This document shows positions 20,767 to 28,809 of a DNA stretch of 61,436 bases, piece after piece. The notes under the pieces were generated by a model. That model was not told where the DNA came from. It did not search any database and saw nothing but the letters and a program-made list of their open reading frames with translations. The position numbers were made by a program, and so were the translations under genes. The stretch lies in the UHGV virus genome UHGV-0213688; one strand, written 5' to 3'. Each line of letters begins with the position of its first letter. Position 1 is the first letter of the stretch. This DNA comes from a virus.

Positions 20767-21301
20767 CTTCAGTCTCTTTAACTAGTCGTTGTTGAGACTC
20801 GGATGCAGTTTTTTCCCATTCGTCAATATTTGCTACAGCAGGGACTATCATTACGCCGCCTCTGTTAGTAACATCAATTTTAGCCTTCTTGGGAGCATCC
20901 AAATCATAAATTTGTGCAAGCTTGCCCAATGCGGCTACTCTAGCAGCTTGAGAAGATCCCGGTCCTGTATAATGAGCTTCACGTTTTAATGCTTCAATGA
21001 TATGCTGACGCTCTAGGTCTGCTTCAATGTTAGCTTGCTCAGAAGTACGTTGAACACGGGATCTTTCAATCTCCTTGAGCTTCCATCGAACGTAACAGTC
21101 CGTGGCAAAGCGTTGGCCAAGCTCCTGTGCAAACATAGCATTGAACCCGCATCTCATGCAAGCGTTAGTCCAATTGTAGTCGAACATATACTCAGCAACA
21201 ACTTTGTCACGTATTGCCATCTCGTCAGCGGACAAGCTATTTGCATACTGGATATAGTTCGTCCAGTCACGATCATATTGCTCTTGACTTGCCCCGTTCA
21301 T
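20744..21301 (-). CDS. terS: terminase small subunit
   Basis: 185 aa immediately upstream of and overlapping terL by 23 nt. Confidence 0.55.
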   Translation of the reverse strand: MNGASQEQYDRDWTNYIQYANSLSADEMAIRDKVVAEYMFDYNWTNACMRCGFNAMFAQELGQRFATDCYVRWKLKEIERSRVQRTSEQANIEADLERQHIIEALKREAHYTGPGSSQAARVAALGKLAQIYDLDAPKKAKIDVTNRGGVMIVPAVANIDEWEKTASESQQRLVKETEDGAKPTT

Positions 21302-21321
21302 GGAAGCTCCCCTTCTTATTG

Positions 21322-21627
21322 CTATTTAGGCTGAATATAATTGCTTGATCCTACAAAATCAAGCGAAACATTTTCAGCTTCATAGCGTATGATTTCCTTA
21401 ACCCTTAGCTTACATTCAGTCAGAGCAGTTTCTGTATCCTGTAAACGTCGGATAATATCTCTTGTGTAAACCAAAGGAATTTTCTCAACTTCCCGACATT
21501 CCACCAGTAGATGTGCGGGTAGTCTTACCTTCACTATCTGTGGAGCTGGAGGAGGTTGAGTTTGCGTCGAGCAACCTGCGCAAATCATCAGGAATACGCT
21601 CGTTAAGATAAGCTTTGACGTCAGCAT
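21322..21627 (-). CDS. o-spanin (outer-membrane lipoprotein, Rz1-like)
   Basis: preferred ATG 21627 (GGAG upstream); N-terminus LILTSVFLMICAGCSTQTQPPPAPQ = signal + Cys + Pro-rich; starts inside the 3' end of the i-spanin gene in another frame. Confidence 0.55.
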   Translation of the reverse strand: MLTSKLILTSVFLMICAGCSTQTQPPPAPQIVKVRLPAHLLVECREVEKIPLVYTRDIIRRLQDTETALTECKLRVKEIIRYEAENVSLDFVGSSNYIQPK

Positions 21628-21961
21628 TGCTTTTCTCCAGTGTCTGCAACTTGTCCTGAAGCAACTTGTGGTTATGTTGTTCATCTTGAATTGCAGAAGT
21701 TAGTTTCTTGAAAGAGTCCGTGTCCTTCTCCCTTTGTGCAGCAAGAAATACAACAGCCTCGCCCAGCTTTGCATTGTCTTTCTCCACAACGGTTAAACGT
21801 TCTTCAGCCAAACTTAAATTTGATTTGTTAAGCTCGTTCTGTGACCACAGGTAGGCGGCCACCCCGCATAAAAACACTACCGCGCCGATCATCAAATACT
21901 CGATAAACAGACGCGGTTTAGCTTTTATGAAGCCGAAGAAGTTATTTAGAATCATTTTCAT
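21485..21961 (-). CDS. i-spanin (Rz-like)
   Basis: 158 aa; N-terminal transmembrane helix then coiled-coil; next to holin. Confidence 0.55.
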   Translation of the reverse strand: MKMILNNFFGFIKAKPRLFIEYLMIGAVVFLCGVAAYLWSQNELNKSNLSLAEERLTVVEKDNAKLGEAVVFLAAQREKDTDSFKKLTSAIQDEQHNHKLLQDKLQTLEKSNADVKAYLNERIPDDLRRLLDANSTSSSSTDSEGKTTRTSTGGMSGS

Positions 21962-22286
21962 GTTTGCAGTCCTCTGAGTCGAGTTTGATCCCTGTCCGCG
22001 ATGCTAGAAGCGACTTTAGAGCTTTTAGCGTAGCACGTGAACCCGCCCAAGCGAATAGGCCAGCAAGGCCAAAAGCGAACCAAAGGCTGATATTAAACTC
22101 CCTGTAGATCGCGTACATTATAACGCCGAAGAACGCGGCGGATAAGCCCTCAAGACATGCAATGCTTAACCGTACTTTCTTACCAGCGTCAATTGTGCGC
22201 ATGACGTAACCGAGAGCTCCCCCAATGAGGGAAATCAGAGCAAACCCCGCTAGAACTGCCCAATGTTCGTTTGATGAGTTGAACAT
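21942..22286 (-). CDS. holin (three predicted transmembrane helices)
   Basis: ORF 21942..22319; preferred ATG 22286 with GGAGG 5 nt upstream; three hydrophobic segments, charged C-terminus. Confidence 0.55.
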   Translation of the reverse strand: MFNSSNEHWAVLAGFALISLIGGALGYVMRTIDAGKKVRLSIACLEGLSAAFFGVIMYAIYREFNISLWFAFGLAGLFAWAGSRATLKALKSLLASRTGIKLDSEDCKHENDSK

Positions 22287-22322
22287 GTTCCCTCCAATAA
22301 AAAGGGGCTGACGCCCCATCAG

Positions 22323-22760
22323 TTAAATTACCATTGCAATAGCGCGGTCGATCACGTCATCAGTATAAGGCATCATGCCATTTTCATGACGAATGATTGC
22401 TTTCACCAAACCTGACATTATCGTCTTGTCGAAGACATTAATTGGATCGTTAGGTTGAACACCAATTGCTTTAGCAACAGAGCGAATATACGCTTCCGTA
22501 TCGTTTTCGTTAGGTGGTGCCCAGCGAGCGATAATTTCACGTACAGTGTCGATGTTTTTCTTACCCACATTGGGCAAGCCTTCACGTTTGGTGTAGTTTG
22601 TCAGGACTTTCGCCAGAGCGCGGATGCCGTAGATCGGTTGCGTAAATTGTGCAAAAGATTTGTCGGTCCGCTTATCAACAGGGACCAATCCCTGCCAATT
22701 ATCACCCCAGCGAATGTTACCTGGATTGTTGTTACGAATACCACGAGGTTGAAGCGCCAT
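22323..22760 (-). CDS. putative endolysin (family unassigned)
   Basis: ORF 22323..23030; preferred ATG 22760 (MALQPRGIRNNNPGNIR) with GGAGG 8 nt upstream; sits at the head of holin/spanin cassette. Confidence 0.45.
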   Translation of the reverse strand: MALQPRGIRNNNPGNIRWGDNWQGLVPVDKRTDKSFAQFTQPIYGIRALAKVLTNYTKREGLPNVGKKNIDTVREIIARWAPPNENDTEAYIRSVAKAIGVQPNDPINVFDKTIMSGLVKAIIRHENGMMPYTDDVIDRAIAMVI

Positions 22761-22842
22761 ATCGAGTTCCTCCGCTTGACATGAACCACTCAAGGGTAAC
22801 AGAGAAACTTGATACGGCGCAAGGAGAATTGATCTAAGAAGA

Positions 22843-23103
22843 TTACCCGTCAAACCACTCGCTAATGTACCAGCTAACAAGACCTTTTCCACCTTTATCG
22901 ACCCCGTAGCTGGAGTAAAAAGTGAAGTTATCGGGTTCGTGTTGCAGGATAACCATAAAGTCATGCTGAGTGCTGTCAATAATTGCAATGGCGATTTCCT
23001 CGTTATCTGTGATAAAGATTTCGCCACCAATTACAACATGCGTCCCGTGGTCAACTACCTTGCTGTGATAAGCAGGTGGGATCAGGTGACTGAATGTAGT
23101 CAT
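22843..23103 (-). CDS. hypothetical protein
   Basis: 86 aa ORF packed between HslV-like gene and lysis cassette. Confidence 0.4.
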   Translation of the reverse strand: MTTFSHLIPPAYHSKVVDHGTHVVIGGEIFITDNEEIAIAIIDSTQHDFMVILQHEPDNFTFYSSYGVDKGGKGLVSWYISEWFDG

Positions 23104-23568
23104 TTAAAAACCCTCAAACGATATTGTATCAACGCCAAGAAATGCACATGTGGTATGCTTGATTGCTAGCTCGATAGCTTCGCGTGCGCTTGCACCAGCA
23201 GCCAGAGCTCCCGCAGCAAACACGCAACCACTGCCATCCGACCCCCATCCATCCAGCATGGGTTCGCTCAAAGTACCATCATTATAAATAAAATGGCAAG
23301 TACCTTCCGGAGTAACAGCAAGACCGCAAGTTTGCCCATAATCGTCATCTTTGCTGTAAACTTTAATATCTGGGAACTTAACAGGCTCAGGACTATTAAA
23401 ATAGCGCAACACCTGATCGGTAAATGCTGTAAGACCGCACAAGCCTAGTAAAAACCGTCCACGATGTCCATTTACGCTGTGAACTTTCTTATATGCAGTC
23501 ACAACTTCCCCGCGCATAACTCCACGGTCCGCAGCTAATACTTTTCCATCGTAAGCAATGGTTGTCAT
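23104..23568 (-). CDS. HslV/proteasome-beta-like Ntn-hydrolase peptidase
   Basis: starts MTTIAYDG (Thr after Met); C-terminal GSGxxxAxGA...SAREAIELA resembles HslV GSGGxYAxxAA...SAREIAE. Confidence 0.5.
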   Translation of the reverse strand: MTTIAYDGKVLAADRGVMRGEVVTAYKKVHSVNGHRGRFLLGLCGLTAFTDQVLRYFNSPEPVKFPDIKVYSKDDDYGQTCGLAVTPEGTCHFIYNDGTLSEPMLDGWGSDGSGCVFAAGALAAGASAREAIELAIKHTTCAFLGVDTISFEGF

Positions 23569-23750
23569 TTAATTTTCCTTTGGTCTTGGATAATAACAAT
23601 ACATAAAACAAACAGAATAAGACAGATGCACAGTCCTGTACTTGCAAAGATTCGGATAACCGTGGAAGGTTGTTCGACTACTGTATAGGTATAAAGCCCA
23701 GCGAACATTAACGTCGCAAATAAAAACAATCCGGCGTATAGTTTGGTCAT
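23565..23750 (-). CDS. small membrane protein (two transmembrane helices)
   Basis: 61 aa, two hydrophobic helices. Confidence 0.45.
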   Translation of the reverse strand: MTKLYAGLFLFATLMFAGLYTYTVVEQPSTVIRIFASTGLCICLILFVLCIVIIQDQRKIK

Positions 23751-23812
23751 TGTGTACCCCTCTTATTCGATGGGTACACAATACAATGAAGGATTATCTG
23801 ATAGCAAGGTTT

Positions 23813-24235
23813 TTAATTAAGCACAATCTCAACGTCTTTAACCCAAGTATGAATGATAAATGCTCCTGGCTGTTCAGGATCTTGATCCGGGCCAACGTAG
23901 AACTTTTTACCTTCCCAACCTTTAATTGGGTCATGTACAATAAACTTGTGATTAGTTGTATCGATCACAACCTGATGCAGTGCTCCAGGAACATTGAGAC
24001 TTGGGACAGTGCACAAAAACAAACCACCCATGTATATAGTTTCACGCCCACCGCCTACAGAACAGATGTGGTCAACATTGTTTTGTACTAAATATTCGGA
24101 AATTGTTATTTCCCAGTTATTGTAATATCGATCATGAAATTCCGCAATTACTTCTTCTACAGGTCTATTAAGGATCATCGCCAGACACGCAGAAACGCAT
24201 GTATTCAATGTTGGTTGCTTGACGTGTTTAATCAT
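23813..24235 (-). CDS. papain-like cysteine peptidase, C39-like
   Basis: N-terminal QPTLNTCVSACLAMIL resembles the Q...C...ACLxMI motif of C39 peptidases; downstream His residues. Confidence 0.45.
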   Translation of the reverse strand: MIKHVKQPTLNTCVSACLAMILNRPVEEVIAEFHDRYYNNWEITISEYLVQNNVDHICSVGGGRETIYMGGLFLCTVPSLNVPGALHQVVIDTTNHKFIVHDPIKGWEGKKFYVGPDQDPEQPGAFIIHTWVKDVEIVLN

Positions 24236-24236
24236 C

Positions 24237-24707
24237 TTATGCCTCGTATATGACTTCCGGCTCGTTATTATAAGGACGCAGCAGCAAACGCGCTACCAGC
24301 GCCGTACGCTCGCTCAACCCTTGCGGATGCACAAACCCAACGAACTGGTAGTGACAACCGCGCAGGTGGTGCAAGCTCTTAGCACAATGACACGCTTCCA
24401 AACGAAGTGTCTCGCCCGACTGCCATTTAACCACAATGGTAGAACTCGCGGTCATGTTAATTTCTACGTCACCAATATCTATTTGAAGACGTAAAAGATC
24501 TTCTACAACATTACGGACATAGACAAGGATCTGTGATGTAGGCATAACAATGAGCCCATTCCAATCCTTCCCGCGACCCAATCCGCAATAACGCGCAAAG
24601 TTGGCTATCAACTGCGTTTCTGTAACCTGTTTTACTTCAAACGACTTCTTCAGTTGGCAGTCTTTGGATTCGTCCATTGCATCAACAATAGTTTTAACGT
24701 CAGTCAT
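24237..24707 (-). CDS. hypothetical protein
   Basis: 156 aa ORF, tightly packed. Confidence 0.45.
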   Translation of the reverse strand: MTDVKTIVDAMDESKDCQLKKSFEVKQVTETQLIANFARYCGLGRGKDWNGLIVMPTSQILVYVRNVVEDLLRLQIDIGDVEINMTASSTIVVKWQSGETLRLEACHCAKSLHHLRGCHYQFVGFVHPQGLSERTALVARLLLRPYNNEPEVIYEA

Positions 24708-24710
24708 TAT

Positions 24711-25103
24711 TTACTCCGCTAATGTGTAAGGAATACCGGATGCTTTAATCCGTCTGTACATGTCCATAGTACCAGCTCCGCCCGGAAACACAATAGCGTG
24801 ATCTGGTTTGGGATCAGTATCCAGCATTACTTGATTGCGGTAAGCGCCTGCTTGCGCATTATAAGCTCCCTTGGCGTTATACCGTATCTTGGTATTTGGT
24901 AAGGAAAGATTGTCCCACGGGGCAGGGAACGCTTCTGTCTTAACACCGTTGCGCTCTGCCCAATGTGCGCAAATCCGGTCAACACCGTCAGCGTCACCGT
25001 GACGAAGTGTGGTTATCCTTCTTTGCGTATGCAACTTATCCAGTTGAGCATAAATATACTCTACATGTTTAAAATCACGCCCTCCGGTGACGACTAATAG
25101 CAT
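24711..25103 (-). CDS. SLOG-superfamily protein (DUF2493-like Rossmann fold)
   Basis: VVTGGRDF ... HGDADGVDRxxxxWA ... AGAYRNQVML ... FPGGAGT pattern characteristic of DUF2493/DprA-like SLOG proteins. Confidence 0.5.
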   Translation of the reverse strand: MLLVVTGGRDFKHVEYIYAQLDKLHTQRRITTLRHGDADGVDRICAHWAERNGVKTEAFPAPWDNLSLPNTKIRYNAKGAYNAQAGAYRNQVMLDTDPKPDHAIVFPGGAGTMDMYRRIKASGIPYTLAE

Positions 25104-25166
25104 TATTTCTTCTCCAATGGTTTCAACATTTCATCAATAAAGCCTTTCCAATATTTGATATTTTCT

Positions 25167-25709
25167 TCAATCACCAATAACCTCCTTAAAACGGTTATAC
25201 AAATCACGATAGAACAAAGGACCATATTTGTTACGACGCAGGAAGTCCTTTGCTACAGCTTCCAGAGCTTCGCAGCGATCACGCAACTCTTGAGCCTTCT
25301 TCTCGGTATGCGCCCACACCTCTTCGCTGGTCACACCCGGCGGATTCATTGCACCAACAATTTGACGCAAACGAATATAAGAATCGGATAAAGCGTGTTC
25401 AGCAGCACGCATGTCGACAAGGTTAGTTTCAGCATTTTCGGCACGTTCTTCCTGAGCTCGCCATTCAGCTTCTAACTGGTCAATGCGCATGTCACGATAA
25501 CCCAGCTCCGCAGCAATATCACCTTTGCTGTGCAAGCCTTCGGACGTCATCGCCATAACATGACGGGAGTAATAACCTCCAGCTTGATCCAGTTCCCAAG
25601 CGTCACGCTCACGGTATAAACAATCACACTCCACCAGAATAGGTTCACCCCACGGTTGAACGCCACCACTATCAACCATTCCTGTCCCGTTACATTTTTG
25701 ACAGCTCAT
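25167..25709 (-). CDS. hypothetical protein with N-terminal CxxC...CxC zinc-ribbon-like motif
   Basis: ORF 25167..25721; preferred ATG 25709 (MSCQKCNGTG) with GGTGGAG upstream. Confidence 0.5.
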   Translation of the reverse strand: MSCQKCNGTGMVDSGGVQPWGEPILVECDCLYRERDAWELDQAGGYYSRHVMAMTSEGLHSKGDIAAELGYRDMRIDQLEAEWRAQEERAENAETNLVDMRAAEHALSDSYIRLRQIVGAMNPPGVTSEEVWAHTEKKAQELRDRCEALEAVAKDFLRRNKYGPLFYRDLYNRFKEVIGD

Positions 25710-25711
25710 TA

Positions 25712-25936
25712 TTATCTCCACCTGTTACGGTCATTGCATTTATATTCATACTCGGTAATAACCTGAGGATACATTGGCATAACATTACCTTTTGCATCGT
25801 AGATATATTGCCAAATGATAACCTCCCGGCTATTACCAGTACGTTGACAATTTTGCCGCTCCATTTCTTTGGAGTCTACAATTGCAAATACAACGAAAGC
25901 GGCAATTATAGCGCCTAATATCATGAATATTTTCAT
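25712..25936 (-). CDS. small membrane protein
   Basis: 74 aa, N-terminal hydrophobic helix. Confidence 0.45.
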   Translation of the reverse strand: MKIFMILGAIIAAFVVFAIVDSKEMERQNCQRTGNSREVIIWQYIYDAKGNVMPMYPQVITEYEYKCNDRNRWR

Positions 25937-26235
25937 GGGTTAAGCCTATATTCTTTGATTTCCCTTAGCGTATCACGCCAGTCCATACCTTCAAGGTCAA
26001 CTTCACCGCAGTAGCGAACTCGCCAACCATCAAAGTTTATCAACCATTGTTTCTCCGCTTCATAGAAATCAGGTTCTTCGTCATAGCAATGTACTTTACC
26101 GTCTGCATCTACAGCGATAAAGTTAGCCCAGGGCTCAACAGGGATAGTAAACCCATAATAGTCGGTAAATACTTGCGTCTCCTTGTTAACAGAAGGAATT
26201 TCGTGTCCAGTTTCATCCATTCCTAAATAAAGCAT
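25933..26235 (-). CDS. hypothetical protein, paralogue of 26566..26847
   Basis: shares PVEPWANFIAVDADGKVHCYDEEP vs VVPAWANWLAVDKCEDLYAYEKEP core. Confidence 0.5.
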   Translation of the reverse strand: MLYLGMDETGHEIPSVNKETQVFTDYYGFTIPVEPWANFIAVDADGKVHCYDEEPDFYEAEKQWLINFDGWRVRYCGEVDLEGMDWRDTLREIKEYRLNP

Positions 26236-26286
26236 AACAACCTCCAGATAATTAAGGGCTCCGTAGAGCCCATTATAGATTGATAA

Positions 26287-26565
26287 TTATACTTCTTCCA
26301 AGAAATTGGGACTTACAAGACCATTATAAGGTACTTCATAGGTATCCATATCTTCGTTATACCCGTCTTTACCAAAGGTAACGATAACCGTATGTGGCCA
26401 TCCTTCGTGACAGCTGTATAAATCCTTCACCACCTTATTAACAGTAACAATAGTACCAGCTTTTAACTCCAGAAACTGCGTAACGTCATCCGGAGTATAG
26501 CCTACAGCGCCAATATCTGTGGTTAAACGATACTCTTTACCTTCAACAATATCTTCTACAAACAT
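26287..26565 (-). CDS. hypothetical protein
   Basis: 92 aa ORF between the two paralogues. Confidence 0.45.
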   Translation of the reverse strand: MFVEDIVEGKEYRLTTDIGAVGYTPDDVTQFLELKAGTIVTVNKVVKDLYSCHEGWPHTVIVTFGKDGYNEDMDTYEVPYNGLVSPNFLEEV

Positions 26566-26847
26566 TTAAGCCTCCGAACTAACATTAACTAAAGAATTTA
26601 CCCAACGACCTTCTTCGAAAGGAAACTTGCAGATATATTCGGATTTACCCATATCCTCATACCATTTGTCGTAATCGTCGCATTCGTCTATATAAGGTTC
26701 CTTTTCATATGCGTATAGATCTTCGCATTTATCAACCGCAAGCCAGTTTGCCCAGGCAGGTACTACAACCTGAGTCCCAAAATAGTTAACAATCTTTTTC
26801 CCCTCTTCTACACGCATTCTTCTTTCCTCTATATATTTTTCTGCCAT
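26566..26847 (-). CDS. hypothetical protein, paralogue of 25933..26235
   Basis: conserved W-A-N-[FW]-[IL]-A-V-D ... E-P core shared with 25933..26235. Confidence 0.5.
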   Translation of the reverse strand: MAEKYIEERRMRVEEGKKIVNYFGTQVVVPAWANWLAVDKCEDLYAYEKEPYIDECDDYDKWYEDMGKSEYICKFPFEEGRWVNSLVNVSSEA

Positions 26848-27185
26848 TCACGAACAGTTTCTAACATAGATTTATAATCGTCATCCCAATCATAATTCTC
26901 AACATCCTTTTGAAGTTTGGCGATCATTTCTTCAAGGCTGTTAGCTGGTAAGTAGCTTTCACCAAATGCAGCAAGACGTTTCTGATAATCGGGGCTTTGT
27001 TCATCCACCCAGCCAAATTCAGCTTCAAATGAATCACAACCAGAGCACGATCCATAAGAACCTTCACAAACCCCCAATACACCATCTTTTCTTATCAGGG
27101 CAAGCCATTCACCCTGATAACAACCAAACTCAACAAAATCTAATACTTCGCATCCAGCAGCTTCTAATGCTAATTGGTAAGACAT
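26829..27185 (-). CDS. hypothetical protein
   Basis: 118 aa acidic, Cys-containing ORF. Confidence 0.45.
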   Translation of the reverse strand: MSYQLALEAAGCEVLDFVEFGCYQGEWLALIRKDGVLGVCEGSYGSCSGCDSFEAEFGWVDEQSPDYQKRLAAFGESYLPANSLEEMIAKLQKDVENYDWDDDYKSMLETVREWQKNI

Positions 27186-27427
27186 TCTTCTTGCTCCTCT
27201 ACATATTTAGTGACACATTTTTGAAAATTAAGAACGATATTTTTCTCTTTTACGGAGTGAAATTTAACACGTTCCGGGCAGATAATCCAGCCTTTAAAAC
27301 GTTGAGTAGCGTCATTCCATGCAGCACGACCATAATAGCCGCGATATGGACCTAATCGCATTGTATTTACCTCTGTAACCACATTGTTGGAGGAGTTTGT
27401 CGTGGTGCTTGCGCTGGGGTCGCACAT
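27170..27427 (-). CDS. hypothetical protein
   Basis: 85 aa ORF at the start of the packed minus-strand early block. Confidence 0.4.
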   Translation of the reverse strand: MCDPSASTTTNSSNNVVTEVNTMRLGPYRGYYGRAAWNDATQRFKGWIICPERVKFHSVKEKNIVLNFQKCVTKYVEEQEECLTN

Positions 27428-27796
27428 AAATACCTCCTTGATGCTCTAAAAACTGGTGAGAATTGATAGAAATTGGTTGCATCCGCTTAAAGATGGTAGC
27501 TATGGGTAGCTACAAGACGGATTATACGTTGACGACTCAGAATTTACTACCAAAATCCATATATTTAGAAAGGATGAGTGCAATATATTCAAAAAGAAGG
27601 TAGGTGGGGTCATGGATGTAGGTGGATAGGCTATGTGACAGGTGAGATTTAGACAAGGACTTACTATCAGGATGGACAGGGCACGCCCCGGCGATCCAAG
27701 TACCTGGAAAAGGATGGGTCGGGTCGCGCGGCTGGGCCTGCGTGGGTCGGTGTGCGCTGTGCGAGCTGTGCGCGACGCTGTGCGCCTGTTTCGCCC

Positions 27797-27833
27797 GAGC
27801 TAATGCATTACCATTACCTTTGTGCATTAGCTC
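27797..27833. repeat. perfect 11-bp inverted repeat with 15-nt spacer in a GC-rich non-coding region
   Basis: GAGCTAATGCA-ttaccattacctttg-TGCATTAGCTC; spacer has direct repeat TTACC-ATTACC; no T-run follows. Confidence 0.6.
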
Positions 27834-27854
27834 GCTAGCGTGGCGCTGTGTGCG

Positions 27855-28013
27855 TTATAGCGCGGTTCCCCATTTCCGTTCGTGGCGCTCTGCATACCGC
27901 TGTTCCATTACTTCGTTGTATTTGCGATCCCATTTAGCATCACATACTTCGGTTACAATTAGTGCCACCAGTGGACCAACTACCGCAACGACCATCATGA
28001 TTAAAATTAACAT
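27855..28013 (-). CDS. small single-pass membrane protein (52 aa)
   Basis: ORF 27855..28133; preferred ATG 28013 with GGAGG 7 nt upstream; hydrophobic N-terminus MLILIMMVVAVVGPLVALIV. Confidence 0.4.
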   Translation of the reverse strand: MLILIMMVVAVVGPLVALIVTEVCDAKWDRKYNEVMEQRYAERHERKWGTAL

Positions 28014-28069
28014 TTTGTACCTCCGTATTTGGTTGATGTGTGTAGTATCCACCAGACCGATCATGTTGT

Positions 28070-28213
28070 CTAGGCATTTTGTGCTATTAATTGCGCGTAG
28101 AACTCGCGCCCTGTCTGCATAGCCTGCGCCCATGTAGTCTCTTCGTACTCCATGCGCATGACCTGCAATAATAACGCGTGCTGTGCGCGTGTAAGCGTGT
28201 ATTTGCGTGACAT
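28070..28213 (-). CDS. small hypothetical protein (47 aa, below ORF-track cutoff)
   Basis: ATG 28213 preceded by AGAGG; start separated by one nt from the upstream stop (TAA-C-ATG). Confidence 0.3.
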   Translation of the reverse strand: MSRKYTLTRAQHALLLQVMRMEYEETTWAQAMQTGREFYAQLIAQNA

Positions 28214-28214
28214 G

Positions 28215-28364
28215 TTAATATACCTCTACCAGTTTAACGATGGCGCTAAAATCAGCGATTCCAAGTTGCATCTCTGAGCGGACGAAACCTTCTGCGGCTG
28301 CACGGTTCGGAGCTTTAACGTCTCCAATGTAGTTACCGTAGTACATGACTTTAAACTTTCTCAT
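28215..28364 (-). CDS. small hypothetical protein (49 aa, below ORF-track cutoff)
   Basis: ATG 28364 with GGAGG 8 nt upstream; translationally coupled to next small ORF. Confidence 0.35.
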   Translation of the reverse strand: MRKFKVMYYGNYIGDVKAPNRAAAEGFVRSEMQLGIADFSAIVKLVEVY

Positions 28365-28587
28365 TTTATTTTCCTCCACCTTTCGGCTTTATCTTTCCTT
28401 TGACTATATAGTACGCCATGACTTGATCTATGTCTAGGCCAAACGTGGCATTTTAGCGTAGCGTTGCTGCAAAGCTGTAGATGCAAAACAATTCTAAAAT
28501 AGCACTTTTGGCCTATTCAATATCACGATGCAAGGCTATTATTACTTCAACAAAGCAATACTGCTTAACCACATTAAGGGTTACATC

Positions 28588-28740
28588 ATGGAATTCAAAT
28601 TAGTGGAACTCGAGTCCGGTAAAATAGCTGGTTATGTATCTGCCCCAAGCTGGGAGGAGGCTGAAATCTTCTTAATGGGTCAGTTCGATATGTACATTAG
28701 CGACATCTACAAGGAATACGATTTAGTCCAAATTAAGTGA
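28588..28740 (+). CDS. small hypothetical protein (50 aa)
   Basis: ORF 28528..28740; preferred ATG 28588 (MEFKLVEL) with AAGGG upstream. Confidence 0.4.
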   Translation: MEFKLVELESGKIAGYVSAPSWEEAEIFLMGQFDMYISDIYKEYDLVQIK

Positions 28741-28748
28741 TTTATATC

Positions 28749-28777
28749 TTGCCTAGTTGATCCAACTGGGCAATAAT
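28749..28777 (+). promoter_or_regulatory. sigma70-like promoter, copy 1 of a repeated element
   Basis: TTGCCT - 17 nt - AATAAT; spacer holds imperfect inverted repeat CCTAGTTGA/TCCAACTGG; 17-nt motif TGATTTATATCTTGCCT overlaps upstream stop codon. Confidence 0.45.
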
Positions 28778-28809
28778 AAGTCAACTTAAACAAAACGAGG
28801 ATATACATC

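Noticed and set aside
22323-23030. Full-length 235-aa form of the endolysin ORF
   Set aside because: The N-terminal 90 residues overlap the upstream gene and look non-globular; internal ATG 22760 has a GGAGG site at ideal spacing.
27537-27827. Minus-strand 96-aa ORF
   Set aside because: Lies in the GC-rich repeat segment, translates to low-complexity His/Ser/Pro-rich sequence and lacks an RBS. More likely non-coding.
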